From Lingula anatina (taxonomy: Eukaryota > Animalia > Brachiopoda), in contig CM120643.1 in assembly GCA_051362555.1 (NCBI GenBank), positions 13,242,644 through 13,306,643 on the forward strand: a stretch of DNA of 64,000 bases, read 5' to 3'. Below, one piece after another: positions 1 to 13,458 of the stretch. Within the stretch, counting starts at the first letter, position 1. Each line of letters begins with the position of its first letter. The translations under genes were made by a program, and so were the position numbers. The notes under the pieces are model-generated. The model made no database searches, was not told the DNA's origin, and saw nothing but the letters and a program-made list of their open reading frames with translations.

Positions 1-601
1 TGTGGTAGTCCTGAGAGAAAATGTAGTGAAGTCCACAATAGGCTATTCTATTATTCTATTCTATTATACTATTCTGTTATTCTGTAAAATTTCTAAACTT
101 ACACCAAATTGTCAAAATTTTATTAAGGGGGCACATACACATTATACTCAAAATTTCTTCAGAATGGCAACAAATTTATGGCTAGGTGGCATTTAAGGTC
201 AAACAGAAGCATGTTTATTGTCCTTTGAAATGCATCAATTTGCACATTGTCATAATTTAATTTATTATTATTGATCTTTTGAGGAGGGCGGGTTGCAAAT
301 ACTACACACATGTTCACTAACAAATATTTACAGGATTTATAGGATGGCAGAGGAACTAAATAATAAGTGGAAAGAAGGCAGATCATTTGTCGGCATTGAC
401 CCTGCTCCGTGATATGAATTTATCCATGCATGTACACCATAGGCTGATCAAAGATTGAAGTAGGCTTCATGGCACATAAAACATTATCATGTTGATTGTT
501 TATATGTGTTTTGTCAAATTTATCAATTATTTGGTTGAACATTCTAATTTAGCTATTATATGTAGTAATTAAAAGTCATCCATCAGTTCGATAAAATGTT
601 T

Positions 602-3076
602 TATCCATGAGCCAGCCCAGTCAGTACTTGGGTACTAGTATACTGGTAATAATTATTGTTATAATAATCTTTTTTAAACCGATTTGAAATACATTCACTT
701 TCTTACTGTGTATACTGTAACAGAAGTTTTGACGTCTAAATCTGCCAATTAAAGTTCATGTATTAGTTGGAAAAAAGAATGTGGAAACCAAACTGCTTGT
801 AGAAGTTTAAGTTTCTGATAAGATTTTATACTTTTTACTTATTTCAAATCAATGTTTTCACTTACACAGTGACTTACATAACATGCATTGCTATTTTGGA
901 AATAACTGTTCTTTCAATTTTTACATTTTGCTTAGATGGAAAACTATCCATTGTGTACTCTGAATTGACAGGCACTTTTAACTGCTGGACCTCAGATACA
1001 GTCTGATGTTGAACAGCATAATTTTGATTATACAGGTTGTTATATATAGTCATACAAATTTCAAAATTTTATATGCTTTAATTAAATAAAATTTTAGTTA
1101 TTTCCCTAAATATGTTTTGCAAATAACAAATATGTATCACCATTAAATCATCCAAACGTTTTCATCTAAATGTTAAAATTTTCAGATATTGCTTAGATTT
1201 TTATGCTGTAAAGTGAATGTGGGTGGCCATTGACCAACCACTGACCCATTAATGCATGGTAATGTGCCCTCTTTAAAAAAGTAAACTTGATGAACATCTT
1301 TTGGATACAGGCTATGGTACAATAGCTTTGTATCTTACTTCTTCCAAATTGAATGAAAGTAAAATTTCACTTCCTGGCTCCTTATGATAGAAAGTTTTCA
1401 CTTCCATTTTGAATTGAAGTTATATAATATGCAAATAAAAAAATCTAAGAATTAAGAAGGGGCCTCGGACTCGATGAACTAGTCTTTAATAGTCACACAG
1501 CATCTAGTTATACCCAAAAGTATTTCTATAATCGAAAATGTTCTCTTTTAATGGTGTTTAAGTTCATATTTATGAAAAAGCTTAAATTGTTGCTGAAGTT
1601 TGGCCTCAGCTGACACTATTGACCTATTTCTAATGAAGCATGACTTTGTTTACATGTCTTAATAAAAAAAAAATGAAATGTCCTTTCCCAAAGCTGCATA
1701 AATATGTGCATTTTGTTGCTGTATCTTCTACTGCCTTCAAATGATGAGCACTTTCTCTCTCCTACCCCCACTTACAAAGTTGGCAAATTTTGACTGTTAG
1801 GCTACACTCAACTAGTTACATAATTTTCTAAAATAAAACTGTTGAGCCTCCAAAGTTTTTTACATGAGTATGATGCTATACCATAAATATAAGTCATTCA
1901 CCAAATACCAATTTCTTTTTCAAACAATATTTTTTAAAGAATTTGGTTTAAATTTATGAAAAATCCATAAATTTGACCTCTTGTGACCTCTGACCCATTA
2001 TCAATGACCCTTGACTTATTGCCATGCATAAATAATTTTAGAAATTAATTGTCCCATCCCTTTCCTCCATAAGGATATATAATGCATTGATATATCTTTC
2101 ACCATATTAATGTAGCGAGCATTTTCTCTCCCCTACCCCAACTAGCAAAGAGGGGAAATTATGACCGTAAGGTTCACATTTAACTAGTTACATAATTTTT
2201 TTAAATAAAACAGTTGAGGCTCCAAATTTTTTTCATGAGTGTTTAACTATACCGTGTCTACAAATCATTCACCAAATACCAATTTCTTTCTCTAAACAAT
2301 ATTTTTTAAAAGATTTTGGTTTTAATTTATAAAAAATCCATAAAATATGACCTCTTGTGACCTTTGACCCATTATCAATGACCCTTGACTTACTTTCATG
2401 CATAAATGATTTATGAAATTAATTGTCCCATCCCTTACCTCCATAAGAATATATAATGCATTGATATATCTCTAACCATATTGATGTAGCAAGGATTTTC
2501 TTTCCCCTACCCCCACTCTCAGAGATGGCATATTTTGGTCATTAGGTTCACATTCTTTTACATAATTTTCTGAAATAAGACAGCTGAGGCTCCAAACTTT
2601 GCTCATAAGCATAAGACTATACCATCTTTACAAATCATTCACCAAATACCATATTCTTACTTAAATAATGATTTTAAAAAACTTTTTGGCTTTAATTTAT
2701 GAAAAATCCCCAAAAATGACCTCTTGTGACCTTTGACCCATTATCAATGACCCTTGACTAATTGTCATGCATTCATGACTTTTGAAATAAATTGTCCCAT
2801 CCCTTGCCTCCATAAAGATATACAATTTATTGATATACCTGTTACCACATAGATATAGTAAGCATTTTCTCTCCCCTACCCCCATCTAGAAAAAGTCCTT
2901 GCTGCTGCAGGGGTGGGGTTATATAAGGTGTGATAGCACACAAAAAGCTACCAGTATGAGAAGGCTATCACACATATTTGGGCACTAGAGACATAGGCCT
3001 TACTAAAAATCACTATGAGAATTTGGCCCTTTTTTGGTACCAATGGCTGAAAATCAGGGGTCTGGCTCATGGACTA
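602..3076. mobile_element. Putative non-autonomous TIR element enclosing a satellite array
   Basis: TCCATGAGCCAG at 604-615 and its reverse complement CTGGCTCATGGA at 3062-3073 followed by CTA; no coding capacity seen. Confidence 0.45.
1750..2885. repeat. Tandem repeat, ~372-bp unit, ~3 copies
   Basis: Anchor TTTCTCTC(C)CCTACCCC recurs near 1752, 2123, 2497, 2865; shared blocks CATTCACCAAATACCA and GACCCATTATCAATGACCCTTGACT. Confidence 0.9.
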
Positions 3077-3875
3077 ATATAGTAGAAATGTGAAGAGGCA
3101 CTGTACTTTTATTGTACCAGTCAAGCAAACATGTCCATGTATAAAAAGATTGGCATTTAAGTATATATACTGTGTATGAGTGCGTGCAGTTTTTTCTATA
3201 CACAACAGCGCTATTGCACGGGTCCAATAACTTTCACCAAAGAGCTCTCTAGTTTGGAAATGGACGAATTCTGTTGATACTGACTGCACCAACAGCGTGC
3301 AATTCGGGCAATTTCCTTATGGAATGTTTCTCTTAGTGTTGTTGCTCTTCTTGCACGTCCCATATCAAGACAGCATGTCTGGAAGTGGTCTTCGAACACA
3401 AGTTTTTGAGATCCTCAGATGGCGACCAGTTCTTGTGTCATGCAGTCTGCGTATTGCTATATTTCTCTTCATGGGGAATTTCTCGGGTTCTATAATATTA
3501 AAACTGTCATTTTGGTGACATCGCACATATTTGAAGTGCGGTAGGGCTGACGCACATGCATAATTACAAAATGCGCAACCTGCCAATTACATGTACCAAG
3601 TCACGCCATTTTCTTGCATCATTATGCAAGCTACCGTTTCTGGATTAGATGGCCTCTCTAAAAGCATTTATTTAGTTTCTTAATTACAGCTCATGGATTG
3701 TTGGTTTTTCATAAAAACGCCTATAAACGAAACCTTTCATAGATCGAAAGTTATGGTCGTTCACGAAACCGTTACTTAACAGCATTTTGATCGCCCGGTG
3801 TGACAGGAATGGTAGTCCACTAGGAACCGTAGTCCGTTCCCCATTGTTTTGTATAGGTGACATTCGTCCCATGTA

Positions 3876-4096
3876 GGGGAGACCGGGGCTAGTTGGACCC
3901 CGGCGTAAGTTGGCCCCCCATCAAGTCTCTTTAATAAAATTACTTTAAGATGCTAAATTATTTCATTTGGACTCACTATTGGATACGGTCACTTTACAAA
4001 ATGATGTGATAAATTCTTTTACCCCATAGTTACTTTGTCATAAATTGATGGAGGGGGGGCAACTTACCCCGGGGTCCAACTAGCCCCAGTCTCCCC
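3876..4096. mobile_element. MITE with ~45-bp TIRs and TA target duplication (Tc1/mariner/pogo-like)
   Basis: TA|GGGGAGACCGGGGCTAGTTGGACCCCGG...CCGGGGTCCAACTAGCCCCAGTCTCCCC|TA. Confidence 0.85.
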
Positions 4097-4872
4097 TACT
4101 AACCCTTATACTCCGACTAACCCTAACCTGCACTTATCATCTGACACCCTTGACTTCCCTTCCAGCAATTCAAGGAGAAATTTCAATACAATACAGCGTT
4201 GACACGAGAGGTTTCTTTGGGATTTCTGTAAGTCCCATATTCCCCAATTACAAAATTCTTAAAGAAACCTTTCCCCATACATCTATTCGTCATACGTCCT
4301 CAATTTCAATTAGCAAAATTTTCCTTGTAAACCTAAGCTTTCCCTCACTGTAAAGTTGACCTTACAGTGGAATAGTTACGAAACGTTTGAGATTCTCAAC
4401 ATTTGGGTCCTTTGGGACCGATTTCGGAAATCGATTTGAATCCAACAGCAATCTTGTTTTCTCGTTTTTTTTTCCTTTCATAATTGCGGTTTCCAATCTC
4501 AATTGTTATTCAAATGTGTCTCTAAGTAAATTCTGCCGCCGACTGCAGATATCATATTAGCAACTGATTGGAGCTGTTTAGCATGGCACAGGGGTCAACT
4601 GAGAAGGCAAGATGGAAACTGGAGATCACTGCCAACACTTGTAGCAAGATAATTGATTGTGATTTACCATAAATTGAGAACACTGATACCGAGGGAATAG
4701 AAATGGCAAGGTATAGACCACAACGAATGACTTCTGTCCCCTGCTTTAAGCTGTATCAATTCTCATCAAGCGACAAGGGTTTTTAATAGTTTTTACTGTA
4801 ACTCTGTTTCTCGTTTTAACTGTGATTTTTTATTTAATTTGCCTTCTAATATATTGATGAATCATCAAGTTT

Positions 4873-4879
<7 letters not shown>

Positions 4880-4947
<68 letters not shown>
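4880..4947. repeat. (TA)n microsatellite
   Basis: Pure dinucleotide run. Confidence 0.97.
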
Positions 4948-4950
<3 letters not shown>

Positions 4951-6595
4951 CTGCATGAATCATTGTTTATCAATTGTCATTATTTTTATAAATTAAGTTC
5001 AGTTATCTGCCAGTCACCAACATGTATTTCAGACTTCATCCTCGATGCTTTGGATATTTTCCCATAGATTAAAATCACCTTTACCTGCTATTATGAAAGA
5101 GTTTTTTTTCGTGATTTCTAGATAGGATGGTAAAACAGAATTATTCTTTACTTAGGGACTAAATAACATCAGTCCAACACGACTGATATTATTTAACGTC
5201 TAAGTAGAGAATAATTCTATTAATCATCACTTCGATTCTACCGACATGAAGAAAAAGGTACACAAGAAGCATTATATCTAATTATAGCAAACAACTTCAT
5301 GTCTCCTTGATCTAAGCTAATTTGAATATAACGATATGCAGATAATGTAACAAACCCCAGTGTGATGTTCGATATTTGGCCGATGACGGCCGCATTTATT
5401 GAAAGTCCCAATACTAAAAGAAATGAAGCAGATTAATGATAAACACTGAATAGTGTTGACAAATGACATTTAACATTAATGTGTGCGCCTGAAACATCTA
5501 CATTTAAAATATAATTTCCAAAGAAATAGTGCACACATTTCAATTTGTGGGGTTGCAAAGAGGCCATTCACAGGATTAGATTTCATAAACCCGTTTTTTA
5601 AAGGTCCAAGTTAAATTGTGACTGGTTTCGCTCATGGCGGTAAAAAAAAAAGAAATATAGAAATCGGAAACGGACGTACATATCGTAATTATCTCACCTA
5701 TCTTAGGTAGGACATTCCTTGGTTAATGGGAGGATACTTGCTGAAATTCCCAGGAAAATTAGGAAAATTTCATGCGATGAACATGCCATTAGTTTGCGCT
5801 CCGACCCTTGTATATTCTCAGTACTTTGTAGCTGACAACAGTTGTGTTCTAGTTCAATCTTCTAGCGAACTAATTATAAGAGTAAAACGCCTTTTTGGAT
5901 ACGTCACAGTTGGTCTTCAGATCGTACAGTGGTCACATTTTTATCATAAATTAACCACGCAAGTAAGAAAAACGGAAAAATAATCAAGAAAAATAATGTG
6001 TGAATTTTAGTTGAGTACAGAAAACCCTTCAAGCTATGCAGTCTACTGGCTACGGTTAAAGATGCATGTGAAGTAATTTTTTTGCCACAAAAGCCAACCA
6101 AATGCCAGCATACAGTTTCAAGAAGTATAACTAACCAAAAGGCATTGTTTAATTTTACACAAAAATGATATTTGAATGTTTTTTTCTGCTAGCATTCTAT
6201 GCCGTATATCAATGGGGCAGAAAAGTAGGTCACGGAAGTAAGTTAAATATCTGACCAAACATTTAAAGAAAGGAACAGTCTAAAGCTGTTTATGGTTGAA
6301 CCAGTGATTTATTCAGTTTATCCCTTGGCATGTTGAATTTATTTGAGTCGTATAAGAAACTGGTAAAAGTGGTTTATATATGTCACTGGGAATCCACGTT
6401 CCACCGATGCTCGGTTCATATGTACCTTTAAGTGAGAGAACTGCAGAGAGAAAGGGCAGAGGAAAGATTTAAGGTGTTCTCTTTACTAGTAGTAGGAAGC
6501 CAATGCAATCAGGGAACAGTCATTGTCATAGCTCATGAAACTGTTCTATATCTCGGAACAAGAAAAAATTGCATCGTGGACATTCAATGCATATT

Positions 6596-6788
6596 CAGGC
6601 CCGTGGGAGAGGGGGGGGGGGTTGTCGGAGGGATCGAAACTGACGGAAATTGGCCGGAAAAAGTCCACTCGATTCAAAATTTAATCCAGGTCTTAGGTCA
6701 TTGCTAAAGTTGTGTCAAATAAGAGGAAAATTACGTGTTTTCAGAAAATGACCCCCCCCCCCCTTTGAAATTGCTGCCTACAGACCCG
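6596..6788. mobile_element. Possible degenerate hAT-like MITE
   Basis: CAGGCCCGTGGG + poly-G start and poly-C + CCTACAGACCCG end; no clean TSD. Confidence 0.4.
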
Positions 6789-6870
6789 AATATTATTTAT
6801 TTTCAGTTCACTTTTATATAAGCTAGCTTTATATCAATTGAACACACAACCAGCAGATTTTCTGTATTAA

Positions 6871-6876
6871 TTTATT
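6871..6876 (-). terminator. Candidate HNF4 polyadenylation signal (implies ~4.2 kb 3' UTR)
   Basis: AATAAA on minus strand followed ~20 nt later by GT-rich GTTGTGTGTT; another AATAAA lies at 11043-11048 just after the stop. Confidence 0.35.
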
Positions 6877-9800
6877 CATCTATACGTGCGCTATATACAA
6901 AGCTTCAATGCAATGCGATCTGTATTTTGGCACATGTGATCACTATATTGAATAACCCCTATACTGAGCAATGACCTTGACAGAGGTCACTGTACTGACC
7001 AATGACCTTGACAGAGGTCACAGTAACGACTGGTCCACAAACTACCAAGGGGTGTTATGTTGTATATAACACTAATGCTTATGACCTTGCAGAAAAAAAA
7101 AATCATGTTTTTACACTCTAACAGACAATATACGCAACTCTTTCGACAATTTTCACTGTGAAAATACAGTGGAAGATTATGGGTCATTGGATCTCATGGG
7201 ATATCAAATTTATACACACAAAAACTCAACAATTACATGCACTTCTTAAAACAAATTTCACTTTGCTCCGCCATGAGCTAAGACCAAACAAAGACTTCCA
7301 TTATATTGAATAACACACCTAACAAGAACATTATTACTTTTAAATGTCTTCAAAAATATCTTTTCAATATCTGAGCCAGGGTAACCAAGATGCCCCTATA
7401 ACCTAATTAGAAGTATCAAATACCACTTTTAATATAAACAATGCCATGACTTTGTGGATATTTGTATGAAGAAGCAGCACTCTGCCATAGTCAGACTGAA
7501 GTATTGCTCTCTGGGACCTAAAATACTAAAACAAAATGTGGCTGACTGGTATTCATGTAAGTTATCATGGAAAACATAGTAATAATTATCCCCTGCATAG
7601 CAGTTAAAAGTGATCCAACAAGGGAAGTTTCAATAGAAATCATCTTTTAAAAAAATCTACTAATAATTCACAATTGCTCCCTAATAAAAACTAAGTATAT
7701 AGATACCTAAGATACACATTAATCATACATTTCACATACTTATGTACATTTTCTGTAAAATAAGTGACGCGATGGCCACCATCAAAATAGTTTGCATTGA
7801 GTTGTTGCTTTTGCTGCCAGCTGGGGGGACCACACTGGTGACACCTGGTGATAAAACTAATGACTCGCACTTTTATAACTCTCTAATTTAGTCGCGCTGT
7901 AACAAATGATAGTATGCATAGCATGGAAAAGGCACGGAGTCATTCTTAGGAACCGTTCACAATGCATTTTGTCCACCTGGCTAGTGTGCACTAACTCCAT
8001 GGGGACTCTCGCTGAATGCAATCAGATTAACAGAGTTACATGTCTACTCTTGTTGCCAAGGTACTCGTATAATCACCAGCTTTTCTGTAGTCTTCTCAAT
8101 CCAAGGAGGGGCATGGATGTCAACAAAATTCACTGTGAACAGTACCTTATTGTGCCACTCTTCCCACTGACTTTTTTTCTTTTTCAAAGCATTTCTGGAC
8201 TATTTGATTCATAGCATCAGGAAGATCTTTTTAAAAAAGCACAATTTGTTAATATCACATATGATGCAAGGAGAAGGAAATTGCCATTATTCATTTTAAG
8301 GACCTATTTGACGTATACAATGTAATTTGTATATATTTCTAAATGGAAAAATGGTTTAAAAAAAAAGAGACTATCCTGATGCTAAAACATGCACATTTTC
8401 AAAAAAAGTTGTAATAATTAAACATGCAAGGCAATTTATACAAGGAGACAATTATTTGATTTTCAGGAAAATCAACCAAAACAAACAAGATGTAAGTAAC
8501 AGTACAAGTCATGCTTACAGTACTAACTTAAATAATGGCCTTAAAGAATAACGATTCATCCTGCAGCTAGATTAACTGTGCATTTATCTTAATTTGATTT
8601 TAAATTTGTCACATATCACCAATTAAAAAAATCTATGCCACCCTGCAGGCGAATTAATGAATATGATACAGTTATAGGATTCTTAAAAAATATAAATAAT
8701 CTGGATATGATAACCATATAATATGTTTCAAAAGACACCAACACATTCATGTACTCTTTTCTATGACCATGCAGTGAAGAATCACTATGTATAGTGCATA
8801 CACGAAGTCCACAACCAAATTATAAAATGACCATCAGTTTTCACATTTCTAACTCAACTTTTGGTGCATACAGACATGGAGCTGAACCTGACACAGGTCA
8901 GTTCTGCTTCTCCTGCTCCTACCCTTCCAGATACAAAATCTTTCCTAAAGAAGACGGGGCACAAAAGGCAACACAGCAGCATGCTTCGGTGCTTCTATTT
9001 TGTAGAATGCCCTAAATTATAACTTTTACTTTACAAGTAAAATCTTATCAGATTAAGTGTGGGAATAGGGCTGGAGAAAATGACAGATCAATCCCCTCTC
9101 CAACTTTCATGATACTCTGAATTTGCCCCTGTTAAGCCACCCACAGATGTTAAAGTGAATGAATATCTTTAGCAGAGCACCACTGACATAGAGACACTGT
9201 TTATCATTCACTCAGCATTGTTTTGTATACAGGGACATTCCAGGAAATTGAATTTCTGGAATTCATTAATCACTAGAGCTTGAATGATTTAGTGTACTTT
9301 AACTATGTCTGGCTAGGGGGCTGTGAGGGCGTGGAAGGGTGACAATTAAAAGGTGGCACAGCACAATTATCAGAGAGTTTGCTAATTGGTATACTTTCTG
9401 TCAAACAGTATTTGACATTTAACTGACATTTGTGTTTTAAAATGCACCTTTAAACAATGTCTGCATGGCCAGTTTGCTGCAAGCATTCTTAAACAGAAAA
9501 TCAAGAAGTGCTTCAGTGTTGAAGTATGGCCTCATAAACGGCAACTAGTTCACTCGGACTTCTCCATTGGCTGGCTTGAAACTTTCATCAACTTCAGCAC
9601 CCATGCTCATCCTTAAGCACCTCACCTCCTTTTTCGCCTTTATGTAAACTTGTGGTAATTCATTGTTCATTGGTCACGCTGCCAATTTACAACCCACTAC
9701 CTTTCTTTCTATTAAATCTTGACTCAGCGGAAATGTGACATCATTCTGAAGCCCACAACAACAAAACGTGGGTAGACTCTGGAGGCCACAGTAAAAACTG

Positions 9801-10029
9801 GGTTTGGAATTTTAACCATCTGACATCATTGCCATTAGCACCCACTGCAACATGTCATCACGCATGAAAATGCAATATATATATATATTTTGTAGTATAA
9901 TTTCACTGTTCTGTACTTAAAAAAGAGTATCCTATCATACACAGTTATATGATTTCTACTTATACAGGCAGACATGGTCTTTTGCATTGTTTGTTGCTGA
10001 CTAGTTAAAGCTTGATATGAAATATGAAC

Positions 10030-10032
<3 letters not shown>

Positions 10033-10086
<54 letters not shown>
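10033..10086. repeat. (GA)n microsatellite
   Basis: Pure dinucleotide run; similar runs near 32500-32549, 32870-32914, 43668-43704. Confidence 0.97.
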
Positions 10087-10090
<4 letters not shown>

Positions 10091-11063
10091 TGAACACTAA
10101 TATATACTATTATGGCATAAAATGAATATGGCTATTATATCATATTATTGTATTATAACTTCTCTCTTCTGCACATATCTACAAACATACTGTGAGATCA
10201 AGTTTAACATTAATGCTTCTTTCTCAGTATAAAATGTTAACTATATAACAAACAAATGATTTTTAAAAAATACTTCACTACAGTTATACTTAATGCCAAT
10301 ACTTCAGTGTGTGAGTGTGTGTCTATTCTATCTAGATAATTAGATAAGCAATTCAATATACAGCTTCTCACAGATTTACCATGCACCCTTTTTATCAGAA
10401 AAACCTTCAACATTGCACAGGTATATCTGTGCATTCTCCCTCCACTTCATGTGATCATAACACACTCTTGGCTGTCACTACACCATTTCATAAATCATCA
10501 ATGGTTTTGGTTTATTTGGTTTTTCAAAAATGACAGGTGCCATAAATAATGGCCACATCAAATTCACAACCTCAAGCAGGGCTCCTTCCTGTCAGCATTG
10601 TTTGCATCTAACTGAGAACTTGTCTCTGACATTGTCAAATTTAGCATTTTCAATTTTGCCACTTGGTGTAAGAAACAGACAACATTATATTATGTTGGTC
10701 TTCTTCTCATGGCACATGCATCAAATATATATACATGCATATGGACCACCCAGTCATATGAATATTCATAAAATATCATACTATACAGTGCACCTGTACA
10801 TCATTAATAAAAACTACCAGGAATATATTAAGGTCCATAAATATTTGTGCATGTTGTGCTCATATTTTAAAGTTAAGTAGATGACAATCCTAGGCCTGTT
10901 ATTTCCTTTTGCTCGAAATAACGATAAAATCAAGACAGATGTACTGATGTTAACCCAGGTTTCATCCAATCATCAGGAAAATTGGCTGATATGGCTTCAA
11001 GGTGATTAAAAACAATCCTCTCTCTCCTAGTCCTTGGATTTCTTTATTTAGCAAGGATTCCGT

Positions 11064-11161
11064 CTAAGAGACAGCTGGATGTACACTAGAGGGTGTTGCC
11101 ATGGGAACTGTCGGGACATGTTGACTTGCTCCCTCCTCAGTTCCAGCTCCCTGCACCTGTC
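11064..11161 (-). CDS. HNF4: Probable terminal HNF4 coding exon
   Basis: ttattacag acceptor; phase-1 frame reads (R)QVQGAGTEEGASQHVPTVPMATPSSVHPAVS* to TAG at 11064-11066; GC-richer than flanks. Confidence 0.65.
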
Positions 11162-11539
11162 CTGTAATAAAAACCTTGAAATTGAGGTCAAGGTTATAAA
11201 GGGGGGTCAAGGTCATTTACTAAAGGTAAAGACCAAAGATAAGTTTGTTAAGATTGCTTTGTGCAATATAAAGTAATATTCTACACAGATTATCTTTTTA
11301 AACCCATTGGCTAAAATGTGACTAGCCAATGGCTTACAGCCTACATGGGTTTTGAATTACAGAGTTGTTAAAAGCAATCTTTCCCTAAATATATGTCCAT
11401 AATTTGCTACTGTATATATTAGTTGTGTTTGAAAGATGCAAAATTCATTATCAAATTATCAATTTCAACAGAAAAATCAAACCTATGATCTACAAAGCTA
11501 TACTAGAATATTCAGGTAACAACACAGATCCTGACCTAC

Positions 11540-11911
11540 TCTCCCTCTTGTAGGAATGTGCCCTGGAAGAGGATGGTGGGAACTTGAAGGACTCAGAGAC
11601 GGAAGGCATGGTGGGGGAGGTCTGCGGCGTGGAGTGCTCATTATAATTAGGCAATGGCGTCTGATCGGCGTACACGCCCAGAACGTCCTGCTGCTGATCG
11701 GAGGTAAGCGTGACTGGCATGGAGGTTGTGTTGGGATCTTGGACGCCCCCCGCGCACCCACCACTCTCATTCATACTGTGCATGTGGTCAGTTGGAATGT
11801 GCTCGTTGGGCATTTGGTGCCCGTTGGACAAGTGGTCCTGAGACAGGGGGACCAAAGGAGGGGGGGACATGGAGGTAGGGGTAGCCAGGGTCTGGGCACC
11901 CTCGGTTGCAC
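11540..11911 (-). CDS. HNF4: HNF4 F-domain exon (P/S/T/H-rich)
   Basis: ttttag acceptor keeps frame (GATEGAQTLATPTSMSPPP...SYKRE); 3' end ambiguous: donors after 11540 or 11536, or read-through to TAG at 11490. Confidence 0.85.
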
Positions 11912-12350
11912 CTAAAATAAAAATGGGTTTGTACTGATGTGGGACCACTCAAGCATTTGTTTTTCACTAAATTAATGATTAACTGGTAGGAAATTATTAT
12001 TTCATATCTCTCTCAATTTATGAGGAAATCACTTCGCTTTTTTGTTATCTCTCAATTTCAGTAGCCTTTACATAAGATTTCTTTTAGATTATGGCTACTA
12101 CTAGTTAAGGGCAAAAGTGACCAAATAATGACAGCAATTAATCATTTAAAAACAATTTTGGAGGCTATTCAGTGCAATCAGGCAATACCACATTAATCAC
12201 TTCGACCTCATACTCTATTGACCTCATACTCTATTGATTCTACATGTTATTCCTATAATCTGAAACACCTCAATTTCTCACATCTATCAAATCATCGCCA
12301 ATCATCGGGGAAGAGGACAGGCACAGTACAAGCGCACTGCAGACGCTCAC

Positions 12351-12481
12351 CTCCTAGCAACATCTCCTGTAACAGGTTGTCGATCTTGGCCATCCCAAAC
12401 AGTTTGGCAAACTGGATCTGCTCTATCATCTGCCAGGTGATGCTCTGCAGGGGAGGCAGCATTAGCAGGATCTCGCCAAAT
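12351..12481 (-). CDS. HNF4: HNF4 exon (helix 10-12, AF-2)
   Basis: (R)[43 protein letters not shown](G), containing AF-2 LLQEML; GAG|GTGAG donor; 131 nt, phase 2 to 1. Confidence 0.96.
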
Positions 12482-13023
12482 CTGGACAGACATAGAAAAC
12501 ATATGTTGATCAAGGTGTCATGAATGATGCCATCTTAAGTGAAAACACAGATGCGGTGTATTAATATTCAAGCCTTGAATGTTTAATATCAGCATATTAC
12601 TTAGATGACAGATATCAGTAATGGAGAAATCTTTTATCAGTGAAAATCCAGTGCAATATGTCAGAAACCATAGAAATTTATAAAATACAGAGACCTCCTA
12701 TGCTCACAGCAAAAAGTTATATAATCAACTTCGCTTTTTCCAAGAAATTAGTTGATAAACACGATGCTGATTATTTGTATATATTAGGGTAAGAAAATGT
12801 GTGTTAGGTCAGGAAAATCAACCCACACTTAACCCACGGCTGTGCAGCATTTCAACTGACAAAACTGACTAATAATTTTTTCCTCCACCTGAACTTATTA
12901 TTAATTAATAATTCAGATTTTTTGTTCTCTGCTTGTAATAGCTTACAGCTTAATGGCTTAAAGCAAAGTAACAAAAGAGAGACCGCAGATAACATGGCAT
13001 ATCAGGGCAGCCCTTATAAATAT

Positions 13024-13203
13024 TGCTATCTATAACATAGTATAATAGTTTAGTTTATTACATAGTTTAATAATGCTATCTATTACATAGTATAATAGTT
13101 TAGTTTATTACATAGTATAATTATGCCATCTATTACATAGTATAATTATGCTATCTATTACATAGTATAATAGTTCAGTTTATTACATAGTATGCTATCT
13201 ATT
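13024..13203. repeat. Minisatellite, 25-bp unit with two alternating variants
   Basis: TATTACATAGTATAATAGTTTAGTT / TATTACATAGTATAATTATGCTATC, about 7 units. Confidence 0.85.
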
Positions 13204-13232
13204 GCATTGTATAAGAACTCCATGCAGACTTA

Positions 13233-13458
13233 CACCCCATTTCCATAGATTTTTAGATCGATCTATCCCTGTGGGGAGTCTCACTAGATTACTGTCAGCT
13301 TGGCCGGCTTAAGCGTCTGTCCAGCCTACTAAAAGCTGTAAGGGGGTAATTAACTATGGTGTCCGCTCGGCTGACTGCAATTTAGCATGAACCCCCAGGG
13401 AGTTAGGTCGATCTAAATCTTAATCTCTAGATCGATCTAAATCTCTAGGAAAGCACCC
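13233..13458 (+). mobile_element. PIF/Harbinger (Tourist)-like MITE family, copy 1
   Basis: TIR with TAGATCGATCTA; internal sequence shared with copies at 20445, 43408, 45049; flanks TTA/ATA. Confidence 0.85.

Noticed and set aside
1750-2885. Regular repeats as a possible CRISPR array
   Set aside because: Long contiguous diverged units without unique spacers, no cas genes, eukaryotic context
4099-4130. TAACCC motifs as telomeric repeat
   Set aside because: Only two or three scattered units
11556-11915. 119-aa plus-strand ORF and the 90-aa alternate-frame ORF 11498-11770
   Set aside because: Shadows of the GC-rich HNF4 F-domain exon; no independent start or splice context
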